A stretch of DNA of 64,000 nucleotides from Eutreptiella sp. 'Long Island Sound 2002' (Eukaryota > Protista > Euglenida): NCBI GenBank assembly GCA_964036045.1, contig OZ038378.1, positions 142,414,001-142,478,000 on the forward strand, in the 5' to 3' direction. Each line of letters starts with the position of its first letter. Position 1 is the stretch's first letter. Shown here piece after piece: positions 34,680-45,030 of this stretch. The notes beneath the pieces were generated by a model, which was not told where the DNA came from, did not search any database, and worked only from the letters and a program-made list of their open reading frames with translations. A program made the translations under genes and the position numbers.

Positions 34680-35312
34680 ATGGACGGGGTTGAGCAGCGT
34701 AATCAGAACCAGCAAGAGTCAGCCGAGGAGCGGCTGGCGGCGCAAGCCAAAGAAATTCAAGAACTCAGAGAGCAACTCGCCCGAGTGGCAGTGAAGGAGG
34801 GGCCCCGCCTGCCCCCACTGAGCGTACCAGAAGTAAACCGAGCCCTCGAGAAGCCCCAGTTGGCACAGTGGATGAGACTCATGTTGTCCAACATCAAGGC
34901 GTACGTGCGCCTCAGAGCTGGTGAGGTGGGGGAGATCCCCCGACCAAGTGAGTTTGGCGGCCAGGCGACGGAGGCCGCAGTCGACCCAAGAGAGCAGCTG
35001 GCGTGGAGGGTCTGGGACTGCGTGTCCCAGTCCCAGGCGGCGTATGCCCGAAGGTATGCAGGGACGCACGGAAAAACCAGCTCCGAGTCCAACCATTACA
35101 CCACGCTGGAGGAGGCATGGAAGGAACAAGGATCGGCGTTCACGTGGCGGAGCGTGAAATTCAGGGAGGTGGGAGGAGTACTGCAATGGCAGTCGAGGCA
35201 GGGCGAGTGGATCCCTGTGGACTCGCCGCCCAGCGGGGGGTGCCAGAGGTGCGCGCAGCGGGGATCCCCCGACGAACGCCACTGGCACTTTAGATGCCCA
35301 CACTGGTCCTGA
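34680..35312 (+). CDS. Gag-like protein (210 aa): coiled coil plus C-terminal zinc knuckle
   Basis: N-terminal coiled coil EERLAAQAKEIQELREQL; tail GEWIPVDSPPSGGCQRCAQRGSPDERHWHFRCP. Confidence 0.85.
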   Translation: MDGVEQRNQNQQESAEERLAAQAKEIQELREQLARVAVKEGPRLPPLSVPEVNRALEKPQLAQWMRLMLSNIKAYVRLRAGEVGEIPRPSEFGGQATEAAVDPREQLAWRVWDCVSQSQAAYARRYAGTHGKTSSESNHYTTLEEAWKEQGSAFTWRSVKFREVGGVLQWQSRQGEWIPVDSPPSGGCQRCAQRGSPDERHWHFRCPHWS

Positions 35313-35447
35313 CACGACCGACTGGAGCCCGGACAGGCCGCCCCGGGCTCCGGCGTTGCGGACACGGCGGCAGAGCTGCGGGCGCTCGCCCGCCGGTGGG
35401 AGACAGCAGCCCGGTCAGACGACCCCTGCTCACCAGAGGAAAGTGCC

Positions 35448-36935
35448 ATGCAGTCCTGGAGACCGAGAACCCGCTCGCAGTACGCGTCCCGACTCCGGGC
35501 CTTGGCGGCTTACGCGGACCGCACGGGCCCGCCTGATACAGCCGCAGCACTGGCAGGCCTCCTGGCGGAGCGGGCGCAAGCCGGCGCTACAGCGTCAGCC
35601 CTGCGGGGTATTACATCCGCGGTCAGAGCCGTGGAGGACCTCCAGTGGCTGCCCCCAACAGTCACCACCTTGCACAAGCGGATTGCGGCGGGAGCCGCAT
35701 CCTCGGGCTCTCAGCCCTATCTGTCCCTAGCAGGCTTGGTCCAGCTGGTCGAAAAGGCCAGAGACTCTAGACACGGAGCGGTCTTCAGCGCATTGGCCAT
35801 CATCAGCTGGGTATGCTACCTGCGGGTGGGCGAAGCAGCTGGCATCAGGGTTACTGACCTGGCTATGCCAGGCTTTGTCCAATTTTGGAACTCCAAGACA
35901 GGGGAGGAGGGGTACACCACCCGCCCCCTGTACAGGTATGCGGACGGCGTCCGGGCGTGGCTTCATGGCCACATGGTTTCGCTGGGCCGGTCCTCAGACA
36001 TGCTCGTCTGGCAGTTAGGGGAAGCGGGGTTGGAGGCAGGCATGGCCGACGCCCTGGCGAGCACCGCCCACTTCCGAGCCAGGTGGCACGCCCTGCGCAG
36101 GGGAGGCGCCGCAGCGACTTGGGCCCGTAAGCCAGACCTCGCCTACTACAAATGGTGGGGCAGATGGCAGAGCACGGCCGTGGCGATGCAATACGGCACC
36201 AAATGGTCAGACCCGGGAGTCGTTGCCCCTACGGTGCTGCCCGCATGGTCCCGTGGCCTGGGGCCTTTGCCGACTCCGGAACGCGTGGGCGTCCTGGCCC
36301 TGTGGGGATCCCCGATGTTCCCCAGTATCGCGAGCGCCCTCAACACCCCGACCAAGCGCAAGCAGAGACTTCCGCGAGGTCAGAAGCTGGAATCCACTGC
36401 GAGCGGCACGCTTGGGGGAGGAGGCGAAGGAGACCAAACCGCGGCCGAGCTGGGGGAATCCCCAGGGGACGGCTCTGCTGAGGTGGGCCTGGGGCCTGAC
36501 ACAGCTCCTACCCTCCCTCCACTTCCTCCTTTGGCCTCTGCCATTGAGCGCGGCGCCGTGTCTCGGGAAGATGCGGGTCAGCTGTGCACGGTGGCGGGGC
36601 CTTTGGTGGCCGTGGGGGGGGGGGCGTGCGGGCCGGGAACGGCAGCCGGGCCCATCAATGTCGATTCCGACGTGGACACCGACGACAACAGCGAGGATTC
36701 CGGAAGCGAGCCCTCTGGCGAATTCGCAATCGGCAGCGCCAGGGGCTCCCCCGGGCGTCGACAGGCCGGAATTGCCAGGTTCGTTGGACGGGAGCGTAAG
36801 CCGTGGTCCTCCAGGGCAGCCGTTGGCCCAGTCAGAGGAGGACCCGCAGCGGGCTCGAAAGCTGGAGTGGTGGGCCGTGTCTACCGCACATACGCGGGGC
36901 CGCGTCGCGCTAAGGTGGTCCTGGATGGTACGTAG
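35448..36935 (+). CDS. Tyrosine recombinase with a long low-complexity C-terminal tail
   Basis: YLRVGE (R), NSKTG (K), HALRRGG (HxxR), WGRWQS and AMQY (Y). The frame is also open upstream to the gag stop at 35312. Confidence 0.92.
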   Translation: MQSWRPRTRSQYASRLRALAAYADRTGPPDTAAALAGLLAERAQAGATASALRGITSAVRAVEDLQWLPPTVTTLHKRIAAGAASSGSQPYLSLAGLVQLVEKARDSRHGAVFSALAIISWVCYLRVGEAAGIRVTDLAMPGFVQFWNSKTGEEGYTTRPLYRYADGVRAWLHGHMVSLGRSSDMLVWQLGEAGLEAGMADALASTAHFRARWHALRRGGAAATWARKPDLAYYKWWGRWQSTAVAMQYGTKWSDPGVVAPTVLPAWSRGLGPLPTPERVGVLALWGSPMFPSIASALNTPTKRKQRLPRGQKLESTASGTLGGGGEGDQTAAELGESPGDGSAEVGLGPDTAPTLPPLPPLASAIERGAVSREDAGQLCTVAGPLVAVGGGACGPGTAAGPINVDSDVDTDDNSEDSGSEPSGEFAIGSARGSPGRRQAGIARFVGRERKPWSSRAAVGPVRGGPAAGSKAGVVGRVYRTYAGPRRAKVVLDGT

Positions 36936-37185
36936 GCCGTGCGATCCCGAGCCCCCGCACGCCGTCAAGCTGGGAGACCTCGTTTGGCCCAGCAGGTCGG
37001 AACGCCGCAGCCCAAGCGCATCAAGCTCGGGCAGGGCGGGCGTGTCCGGACGCCGGAGGCGCAAGGCCCGGTGGAGGGTGCCTTCGTGGCTGCAGCTGAG
37101 CGTCTCAAGGCCAAGGCTTGGGGGAGGGCGGGCCTAGTGGCGTCGCCCCCCTCCCCTCTGTAAGGGTCCCGACAGGGGTGGGAGG

Positions 37186-39115
37186 GTGCAGGAACAGCCC
37201 CCCCTCTTCCTGGAGTTCATGCAGACGCTCACCCCCCATTTTCACTGGATAGCCGAGCGGGAACGTTGTGGCTTGTGGATGGTTGCGAAGAGGGTGGATT
37301 TGTGGTTGAATAGAGTATTCGATACAGCCGAGGATTTCCGCTTGCAAGGGGCTTTACCCGCTATCCTGGGCGCCTTGCGCAAGCTCCACCCGGACGCCTG
37401 GGAGGCATGCCTCCATATCAACACCTCCCCCATTCCGCGGTTCATGGGGGGGGTGGAGGACGCCATTTTGGACCGGGGATTGGGACCGGTAGGCTCCCAC
37501 CAGCTACCGGACGAACTGTCGGATGCTGTCGTACCGCCCTTCTACCATGGAGGGCTCCAGGATTTTGACGTCGAGCGAGAGTGGCAGGACGGGGATAGGG
37601 TGGTCCGAGGGGCAACCAGATGGGTGTCGCAGCAGGTCCAGAGGATAGTGCAGGCGTTGAGGGGGGCGGGGGTCTACGAGGAGCCGGCCGACCCCCCCCC
37701 CCTCGCCCACGTGTTACCCCTTCGTCATCCCCAAGTCATCCGAGAAGGTCTCCTTGATCTTGAGTTGCGTCAAGATCAACAAGAGTGACGGGGGCAAGCC
37801 CCCCACTTTTAGATTGGATTCCTGGGAGGATTTGGCTAGGTCCTTGTCGGCGTTCCCGCCTGATGTGGACCTCTACGGCCTCCACATTGACCTCAAAAAT
37901 GCGTTCTGGAGCTTTTGCTTGCCCCAGGGTGCGCGCCAGGTTTTTCGCTTCCGGCCCGCCCCCGGGGCTCCGCCTGTGGCGCTGTCGCGCCTACCGTTTG
38001 GCTGGAAATACAGCCCCTATCTGTGCCAAACGAGTTTGGCACGCATTCTCCAGGGGGTACTGCCCCCCGAGATACTCCTTGTGCACTACCTCGATGACTT
38101 TTTGCTCGTCTTCACTGATAGGGAGGTGCTCAGGGAGGCGGGGCGAGTGGCAGTGCGTGCCCTGATCGAGGCTGGTTTCCTCATAAGTCCTAAGACTGTC
38201 CTGGACCCGGTGCCTGTGGCGTCGTTCCTGGGGAAGGAACTCGACTTGCAGGCCAGACGGATCAGGAGCCATGAACAAGCACTGCTCCAGTTGTGGGCGG
38301 GATGGCTGAGGCTGGCGGTTGGCGCAGGCAACGACCGGCACCTCCAAAGCTTCCTGGGTTTGCTGAATTGGCATGTGCGTCCGAGGGGATTGGGTTGCCC
38401 TTTCGCGGCGGGCGCCTACTGCTGGTTGCGCTGGGGTAGGACAGTGGGGGGGGTCAAGCAGCCGGCCCAGGGCTTCCCCCTGAAAATGCTGGGCAGCCTC
38501 GCAACATTGGTGGCGTTGGCGGCCGAGCCCTGGCAGGCGCCGGGCGGGGAGGCCTGGCGGCAATTGAGGACCCTCAAGTTTGGGACCGAGGATAGGCTTT
38601 CGCGATCATCTGTGTGGTGCGGGGGCGTCGTCATCTGTGTCGATGGAGCGCGCGATGCGGGGTGCTGGAGGGTTGGGGCGCTCGTGCCGGGAGTGGGTGT
38701 GCGTACGCATGTGACACCTCCTGCCCGCTTCGCCAGCCAGCAAACCACGGAACTGAGGGGAGTGGCGTGGGCTGTCAGGTTTGCAGTCAGGACGGGACAC
38801 CGATCTGTTACGGTCTGTAGCGACAGTGAGGCGGCCATTGCTCAGGTCCTCAGGCTGCGCGCGACTAGCCACCTGACCCACCACCAAACAGTCCTTCGGT
38901 CGTTGGCTAGAATCCTGTGGGTATCGGGGATCGTGCTCCGCCTCGTGTGGGTGCCCTCGGCGCTTCAGCCGGGAGACCCTATGTCCAGGGTGACGTCAGT
39001 GTTCGGAGGCTCGCAGGCCAGGGCGGAAGTCGAGGCTTGGTGCACGTGGGATGCATTGCTGGAGAATCTGGGCGAGGCTCGGGTGAGGGGGGTGGTGTGT
39101 CTCCGGGGATGCTAG
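37186..39115 (+). CDS. Reverse transcriptase-RNase H; one +1 shift in an 11-C run (37692-37702) joins the two listed ORFs
   Basis: YPFVIPK..LIL..KIN, IDLKNAFW, LPFGWKYSP, YLDDF; RNase H motifs CVDGA, TTEL, SDSEAA and GDPMSR. Removing one C gives EPADPPPSPTCYPFVIPK. Confidence 0.92.
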
Positions 39116-39197
39116 CCCCCCCCCCCCCCCAGCAGAGCAGCGGCGGCAGAGTATGCGCCCTCCATGTAGCAACCTTTTTCTTTTGCTATCCGCACCT

Positions 39198-39707
39198 ATG
39201 ACCAAGCGGCGGGGCTCGCGTGGCGCCCACAAGCGACGGGGTTCCCGTGGAGCCCACCGAAAGGGTCACCATGGCGGACAGCGGCACCGACGTTCCGCGG
39301 ACGCCCAGCAGCGCCGGGCGGCGAAGTGGAGCAGAGTGCTCCGCACCCGCCTTCGCGGCAGGTTGGCGCGCCTGCCCGTCCGCCGGGTGCTGCTCGGCAA
39401 CGGGGTACGCCTGTGCCCCCAGTGCCCCCTCCCTGACGACAGGGAGGGATTTTTGGAAAGGGCGGTCCGGGACGTGGCCGCACGCGTGGGAGGCACGCCG
39501 CACCGCCGCACGACCCCCGGCGGCCGCAGCGTCAAACCCCCAGGGCGGCATGCCTGCTGCCAGGTCTGGGAGGTAAGGCTGCCGGAGGGAGTCGCTGTGG
39601 CCTCCCTAACGGACTGGAACCAGGGACGCAGGGTTGCCGTACCCTATATATGGATCCAGGCCCGGTATGGGCCGGTGTTGCAAATTGCCCGCCTCTTCAA
39701 CCCGTGA
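39198..39707 (+). CDS. Extra Arg-rich ORF (169 aa) in the 3' part of the YR element
   Basis: ATG 39198; MTKRRGSRGAHKRRGSRGAHRKGHH...; no recognised domain. Confidence 0.45.
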   Translation: MTKRRGSRGAHKRRGSRGAHRKGHHGGQRHRRSADAQQRRAAKWSRVLRTRLRGRLARLPVRRVLLGNGVRLCPQCPLPDDREGFLERAVRDVAARVGGTPHRRTTPGGRSVKPPGRHACCQVWEVRLPEGVAVASLTDWNQGRRVAVPYIWIQARYGPVLQIARLFNP

Positions 39708-39714
39708 GGTCTGA

Positions 39715-40385
39715 CGACTGTCGTCGTTGTCTGTGCCTGGCCGGTGCGGTGGGTGTCCCTGACGGCTTGGCCGCTGGGTGCTGATTTGGGTTTGTATTTT
39801 TGGGCCGCGTCGGTCCGCGTTCCGCTGGAGCTGAAGGCCGGGTGCTGGGACTGACCGCCTTTTACCGTTAGTAAGGACTCGGCGACAGTCGTGCTCGCCT
39901 GTTTCTGCCCTCTGCAGAGGTTGACTCCGGCGGCGTGGCCGCTGGGTGCGCCTGTTGTGTTGTCTTTTTACATGGTTGGCGGCACGGCCGCTGGGTGCTT
40001 TATTTATTCACCTTTTTGGGCCAGCATCACTCCGCAGCCGGCTGGGACTGACGGCCGGTTGGTGCGATTAGCCCGCCTCTTTGTCCGCAGGGCAAGACGA
40101 CCGTCGTGATCGCCTGTAACTGCCCGCTGTGGTGGCTGTCCGGGGCGGCGTGGCCGCTGGAGGAGTCCGCCGGGCTTAGGTTGTGGACCCTGTGGTGGAT
40201 ACCTGGATATGGCGGAGATCTTTTTGGGCCGACCTCACTCCGCGTCCGGCTGGGGCTGCCGGCTGATTGGTGCGATTTACCCGCCTTATCTGTTCGTGGG
40301 GCACGAAGACCGTCGTGACCACCCGTGTCTGACCACTGTGGTGACTGTCCGGGCGGCGCGGCCGCTGGAGGGGTCCGCCGAGGGT
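39715..40385 (+). repeat. ~4 degenerate internal repeats (~170-210-bp spacing) in the YR element 3' region
   Basis: The motif gtcgtg..gcc.gt..ctg..c.ctg..g.g..tg.c.gg.ggcg.ggccgctgg recurs near 39720, 39890, 40104 and 40312. Confidence 0.7.
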
Positions 40386-40659
40386 GGCGTTGCTGAATTG
40401 GGCCCGGTACAAGACACGAATCCTGACCTCCCTCCACTTCAGCCTCTGGCCTCTGCCATCGAGCGCGGCGCCGTGTCTCGGGAAGATGCGGGTCAGCAGT
40501 GCACGGTGGCGGGTCCCCTGGTTGTCGTGGGGGGGGGGGGGGGGTTGCTTCTGTTGCTTTACCTTTTGCTTGATAACTACCTCAGTTCACATTCCTCTGG
40601 GGCTGGGATCCGGATGTGGGACCTATGGTGTGGGAACTGGGTACAGCGGAGAATGAATA

Positions 40660-40766
40660 CCCAAGTCCTGTGCAGTTTTCTTGTGCTCTGCTTGTGCAAA
40701 CACTAGTTGTGCCTCGTCTCAACTTTTGTTTGCCTCTCCAATGTTTAGGCAGTTTTCCTGTCTTTG
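40660..40766 (+). repeat. Internal B1-A2 junction (copy of the circle junction)
   Basis: ...gcttgtgcaaaCactagttgtg..., with one C shared between B and A. Confidence 0.95.
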
Positions 40767-41003
40767 CCCGCCCACCCACCCACTGACCGGCTGACCCCCT
40801 GAGAGCACCTGCCTTTCCTGTCCCTTTTGAAACCGATTCCCTCGGGTAGAGTGGGGGATCTAACCGTGCTGCAGCGTGTGGACCAGGGTATAGGGTCAGG
40901 GTCCGTATCAGACTGGGGTCCCGCATCCAGCGGAGTGGTCCGCAGCGCACCCGTCCATACAACCGCCGGTGTTCCGGCCTTGGTGATACTTCAGTACTGC
41001 CAT

Positions 41004-41045
41004 CCCAAGTCCTGTGCAGTTTTCTTGTGCTCTGCTTGTGCAAAC
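41004..41045 (+). repeat. Split direct repeat B2 (right end)
   Basis: cccaagtcctgtgcagttttcttgtgctctgcttgtgcaaac. Confidence 0.95.
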
Positions 41046-43739
41046 CTAAACGCGCAGACTGGGGGACACGCAGGTTGGGGGATACAGCTTTCGCTTGTTT
41101 GTCGAGCAAACCACAATCATGCCACCGTGACGATTGCTTCGTGCTATCCACAACTTGCTTTTGGGCCAGTTTCAGTGACTGCCTTTGAGTTTTGCGTAAC
41201 CTTTTCGTCCAGCTCGTCCAGTCTTACATTAGTTGCCCCTAGCCTGTGGGCCTGTGCAGGTTGTTCTCTTTCCAGCGCCAGAATTTTCGCGTCCGTGGCT
41301 GCTGAATCCAGGTGCAAACCAGGCCTGTGCAGTTTGTTTGCGGAGGACCTTCTCTCCCCAAACAAACCCTTAAGGAGGGGGGTGTAGCGGTAGGGGGTCC
41401 CTCCCCCACCGCTCCGGCCAGCTAGAGTGGTACAGAGCTGGTTTGCGCTGCAGGGCAGGAAGGCAAAACATTGAACTATGTGGTGATGACCATGCGCCTG
41501 TGACACGGGGGCGTATGCGAGCCCAGTATCCGTTGCCTCATGGCCCACCGCTCCGAAAAGTTGTGGTCAGGGGTCATGCTAATTGTGGCAGTAGCCGCGG
41601 GTTTGTGCCCGGTAATGGCGCATCATATGGACGAAATATGGCTTATTGGAGTGCATACTTGTCCATTATGGCACATATAGTAGCTCTTTGTGGTTTTTTA
41701 GGCATGTTTGGGCTATGCAAACCGCACAACCAAGATGGCGCCCACGTTTTCTATTGAAAACATCGTCATATGTCGCTTGGGGCGCCCGTATCGGTATGCT
41801 GGTAGATGGTTTTTGAGGTCATTAGTTATACTGCTGGGGATACCCAAGGGTTGGAGACATTTTTGTGTGTTTTTGCATGCATGTGCATTTTTGGTGCCGT
41901 TCGTGACCCCAATGGGCGATACTATAGTAAGAAGACTATGGCGAGTTGGACCGCCATATTTTCACACGATGTTTGCATGATCCCTTGTGTGGAATTTGAG
42001 CGCTTAGGTCAAGGTACGGCGACCATGGCGGCGCGGTACACCCCCCAAAGCGAATGCCAATTGGAGGCAACCGGCACTGTGACCGGTGTTGACGTAAGCG
42101 CCATTTTCAAATCCGGAGGGCTTTTGATTCAACGAATGGACAAGGGTCAGGGCATTTGGTCTCTACTTTGATGCCTATGGTGACGTTGGGCCTAGATCGT
42201 TTCTTAGCGACGTCTAGCCATTTTTCTTTGCGCACAATGTGGGCAATTTTCATCGCTAGCATGTAACCGTTATCCTCAGCACCTTCTTAGTGACTCCAAG
42301 GCCGTTGGGGTGCCTGAGCGATTTGAGGCATACGAGGCATAGTTCCATCCAAATGACATCACTTTGCTAGCTGTGGAGAACCGCAACCTAGGCACACAAA
42401 AGGCGCTTTGGTTCCTATGAGGAAGCACTGCCCCATCCTAAACCTGCACCAAGACCAGCTACTTTGAACAACAAGGATTGGGCCAAGGATGCCCAGGCAA
42501 GGGTGCAGGTGATGGCAAGGCACAAGCGAAGTCATTGTGAGGATTGTGGTCATCTGAACCCCAAGGCAACTTGTGCATGGGTTGTGGGCCCTCCTATCAC
42601 CCGGCGATTAAATTGTTCACACATCCATTGACACATTTATGTTTCGCTGTGTTTGTAAGGATGCAATGAGGACATTATATTCAAAAGAACGGACCCCGTT
42701 GCGGTTATTTGATGTCGCCACTCGTTTTTCTGCTAGCCGGCATGCCTTTGCTCCTTTCGGGGTACCTCTGTTGGAATATGGTACTATTTTCCATTTGTTG
42801 TAAGCGGTAAAAAACCAACTTCATTCCACCTATGTATAGGCAAAATGTTGGAAATGAAACGGGAAACTAGGAAATGCTCCCCAAAAGGGAAAAAAATTTT
42901 GATCCCCCCAACCACCCCCCTCCGGACCCCCCCCCTGCCCACACCCCGGCGGTTGGTGTCTGGAACTGAACTAAAGACCCCCCGCCCCATTCCGGTGCGA
43001 CCCTTTGACACTAGTGGCCACAAACCTCACCTTGCTTTAGTGCACGCAATGGCTGTGGGATTTGTTTGTGTCTACGTCTTTTATGGTACCACACAACTCA
43101 ACGCAATTGCAGTTGATGGCATTTCGCAAGGCCTACCTCCCCGCCCACCCCTAGCCTCCCAGTTGGCAATGTTTGCCATGCAGGGTTTTTCTCTCGGTGT
43201 CAATTTCCATCATCTGCCGCTTTTTGTGCACACGTCATTGACCAAAGTCCATCAAGGGTTGATCGTGTTGTGTCTTTCGAGAAGCGCCTCACAATTGAAG
43301 GTGCTTTTGAACATGCACGACCCTTAGAGGCGACTGCATGCTGGGGATGCCGTCAACGCACAAGCACCCAATAGCGCCCCGGCGAACATAGGGAGGGAGG
43401 AGGGGGGGGGTTGGACGAATGATCGGGGGCAGGGGCAAGGGAGCTGCTGCCCCTGGCAGCAGCATGATGCTCCGCTCATGAGGGCAGCAAGACACGGTGA
43501 ATGGCCTCCACAATTCCAATTGTTTGTATGTCTCTTTACGCCACCGGCGGCAGGACGGGTGCGCCCGCACACGGTGAACAAGTTTTACAATGCATGTGAA
43601 TTCTATTCCTCTTGTTTGATGTGTTATGCTTGTCTAGGGCTGCAAGCTCTGCAACATTGTGCACAAGATAATATCACGAAAAGTGCCATGCCGCAGAGCA
43701 AGCGACGAAACGATAGAAATTAATCAGAGCTCAGCGAGA

Positions 43740-44030
43740 TCTAACAAGAACCATGCACAACGCACAGAGAAATTACCGACAACACTGAGAAGCGCACCAA
43801 GAAATGACAATAGCCATTTATAGTGCAACAAGAAATAACAACCAGCGCACCGCGCCAGAGCACACCGTCAAGTGGCAGCATCGTCCGAACTGGCCCAGCA
43901 AATAACACAAACAATCTGTATGGGCCCAAGAAATAACAACAACCATGCAGAGCGCATCAAGAATAAGTAGTACCCATTCGGAGCGCACCAAGAAAGAACA
44001 ACATCCATGCAGAGACCACCGGGAACTACC
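43740..44030 (+). repeat. Degenerate ~30-bp tandem repeat
   Basis: Recurrent caagaaataacaac..catgcagagcgcac. Confidence 0.7.
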
Positions 44031-44544
44031 TAAATAATTATGTAATTCACCAATTCACAACATTTACAATGTGGAAGAATTACATTGTACCCCTACCAAC
44101 ACGAAAAAGCAAAAAAACCGCCAAATGAAATGTATATATCAAAAACATGTGTACCTCCCTAGCCAAACGTTAACAGCATCCATGGGTCATGCCCCCGCCA
44201 GATACACGACACATACAAAATGTGTTGATAGCCCCAATCTTGGGTTAAAAGCATAACAAAAAACGCCAGCGAACAATGAGAAAAAAACACCACAACATGG
44301 TACTTCTTCATAAACCGAACTTGTACCCTCCGACATTTTTTCGGCAGGTATTCAAGTCATGCTTGGTTTATGGGGCACACGGCGTGCTAGCTTTGGCACA
44401 CGGTGTACCAACAGGGACGGTGCAAGGCTTGCGTCACCACGGGGGTATGTCACGGCGTGCGACAGGATGCCTCGTGCAAGACAACGGGAATCGGCTATGG
44501 AGTTGTTTGTCCGCGGTGTGACGCTGTTCTAGGGTGCCAAAAAG

Positions 44545-45030
44545 GCCAACGGCAAGAGCCAGATTCGCATTGGATAGTCTGCCGCGGTACATTTTGTAAA
44601 GGTGTGGTATTGACTGGCATTGCTCCATGAAATGGGAATTGTCATTGGTGCCCATAACAAGATATTACCACATTCCAATCACTTTGGTCCAAGCTGCACA
44701 CCAGAGACGTCTTCATTCTTGACGACCCGAATGCGGCACCAACAGGAGGTGCGTTGCATCCATGGTGTGCTAGCATGAGAGCACCTTGTTCATACCCGCT
44801 CACAAGCTCCTGACACCACGCAACGTTGGCCATGGCACTGAAGGCACCCCAAAGATCCATAGATGCCTCCCCGCGTTGGTCTGCACCACATCGCCAAGCA
44901 ATTGGTATGTGGTCAAACCAGTAGCACGCCCCAGGGTGTAGCAATTTTGCAACATTGGACACATTGTGCTCTGCCCCTCTCACAAATACCAAATGCCAGG
45001 TGGAGGGGAAGGGAATTGTCGGTGAATACC
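44545..45030 (-). pseudogene. Degenerate AlkB-family 2OG-Fe(II) dioxygenase
   Basis: Across frames: VSGYEQGALMLAH (Y 44792-44794, H 44765-44767), PPVGAAFGSSR, LECGNI/LVMG, FHGAMP and RIWLL..RW. These resemble AlkB NxY..G...H.D / PI.S.SFGA.R / L..G.LLVM / H / RINLTFR. Multiple frameshifts; the HxD Asp is not intact. Confidence 0.45.

Larger units (their letters stand above)
34601..41045 (+). mobile_element. Full-length (6445 bp) tyrosine-recombinase retrotransposon, gag-YR-RT/RH order (VIPER-like), with split direct repeats A..BA..B
   Basis: A1 34601-34666 equals A2 40701-40766 (66 bp, 1 mismatch). B1 40660-40701 equals B2 41004-41045 (42 bp, identical). B1 and A2 abut. gag, YR and RT/RH ORFs lie inside. 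Confidence 0.93.

Noticed and set aside
36223-37137. 304-aa ORF in the RT frame overlapping the YR tail
   Set aside because: No recognisable domain, and a TAG separates it from the RT frame; consistent with a GC-rich shadow ORF.
41806-42600. MULE-like SWIM and CCHC knuckle remnants (CEDCGHLNPKATC)
   Set aside because: Only a degenerate knuckle is visible and no DDE core; left unannotated.
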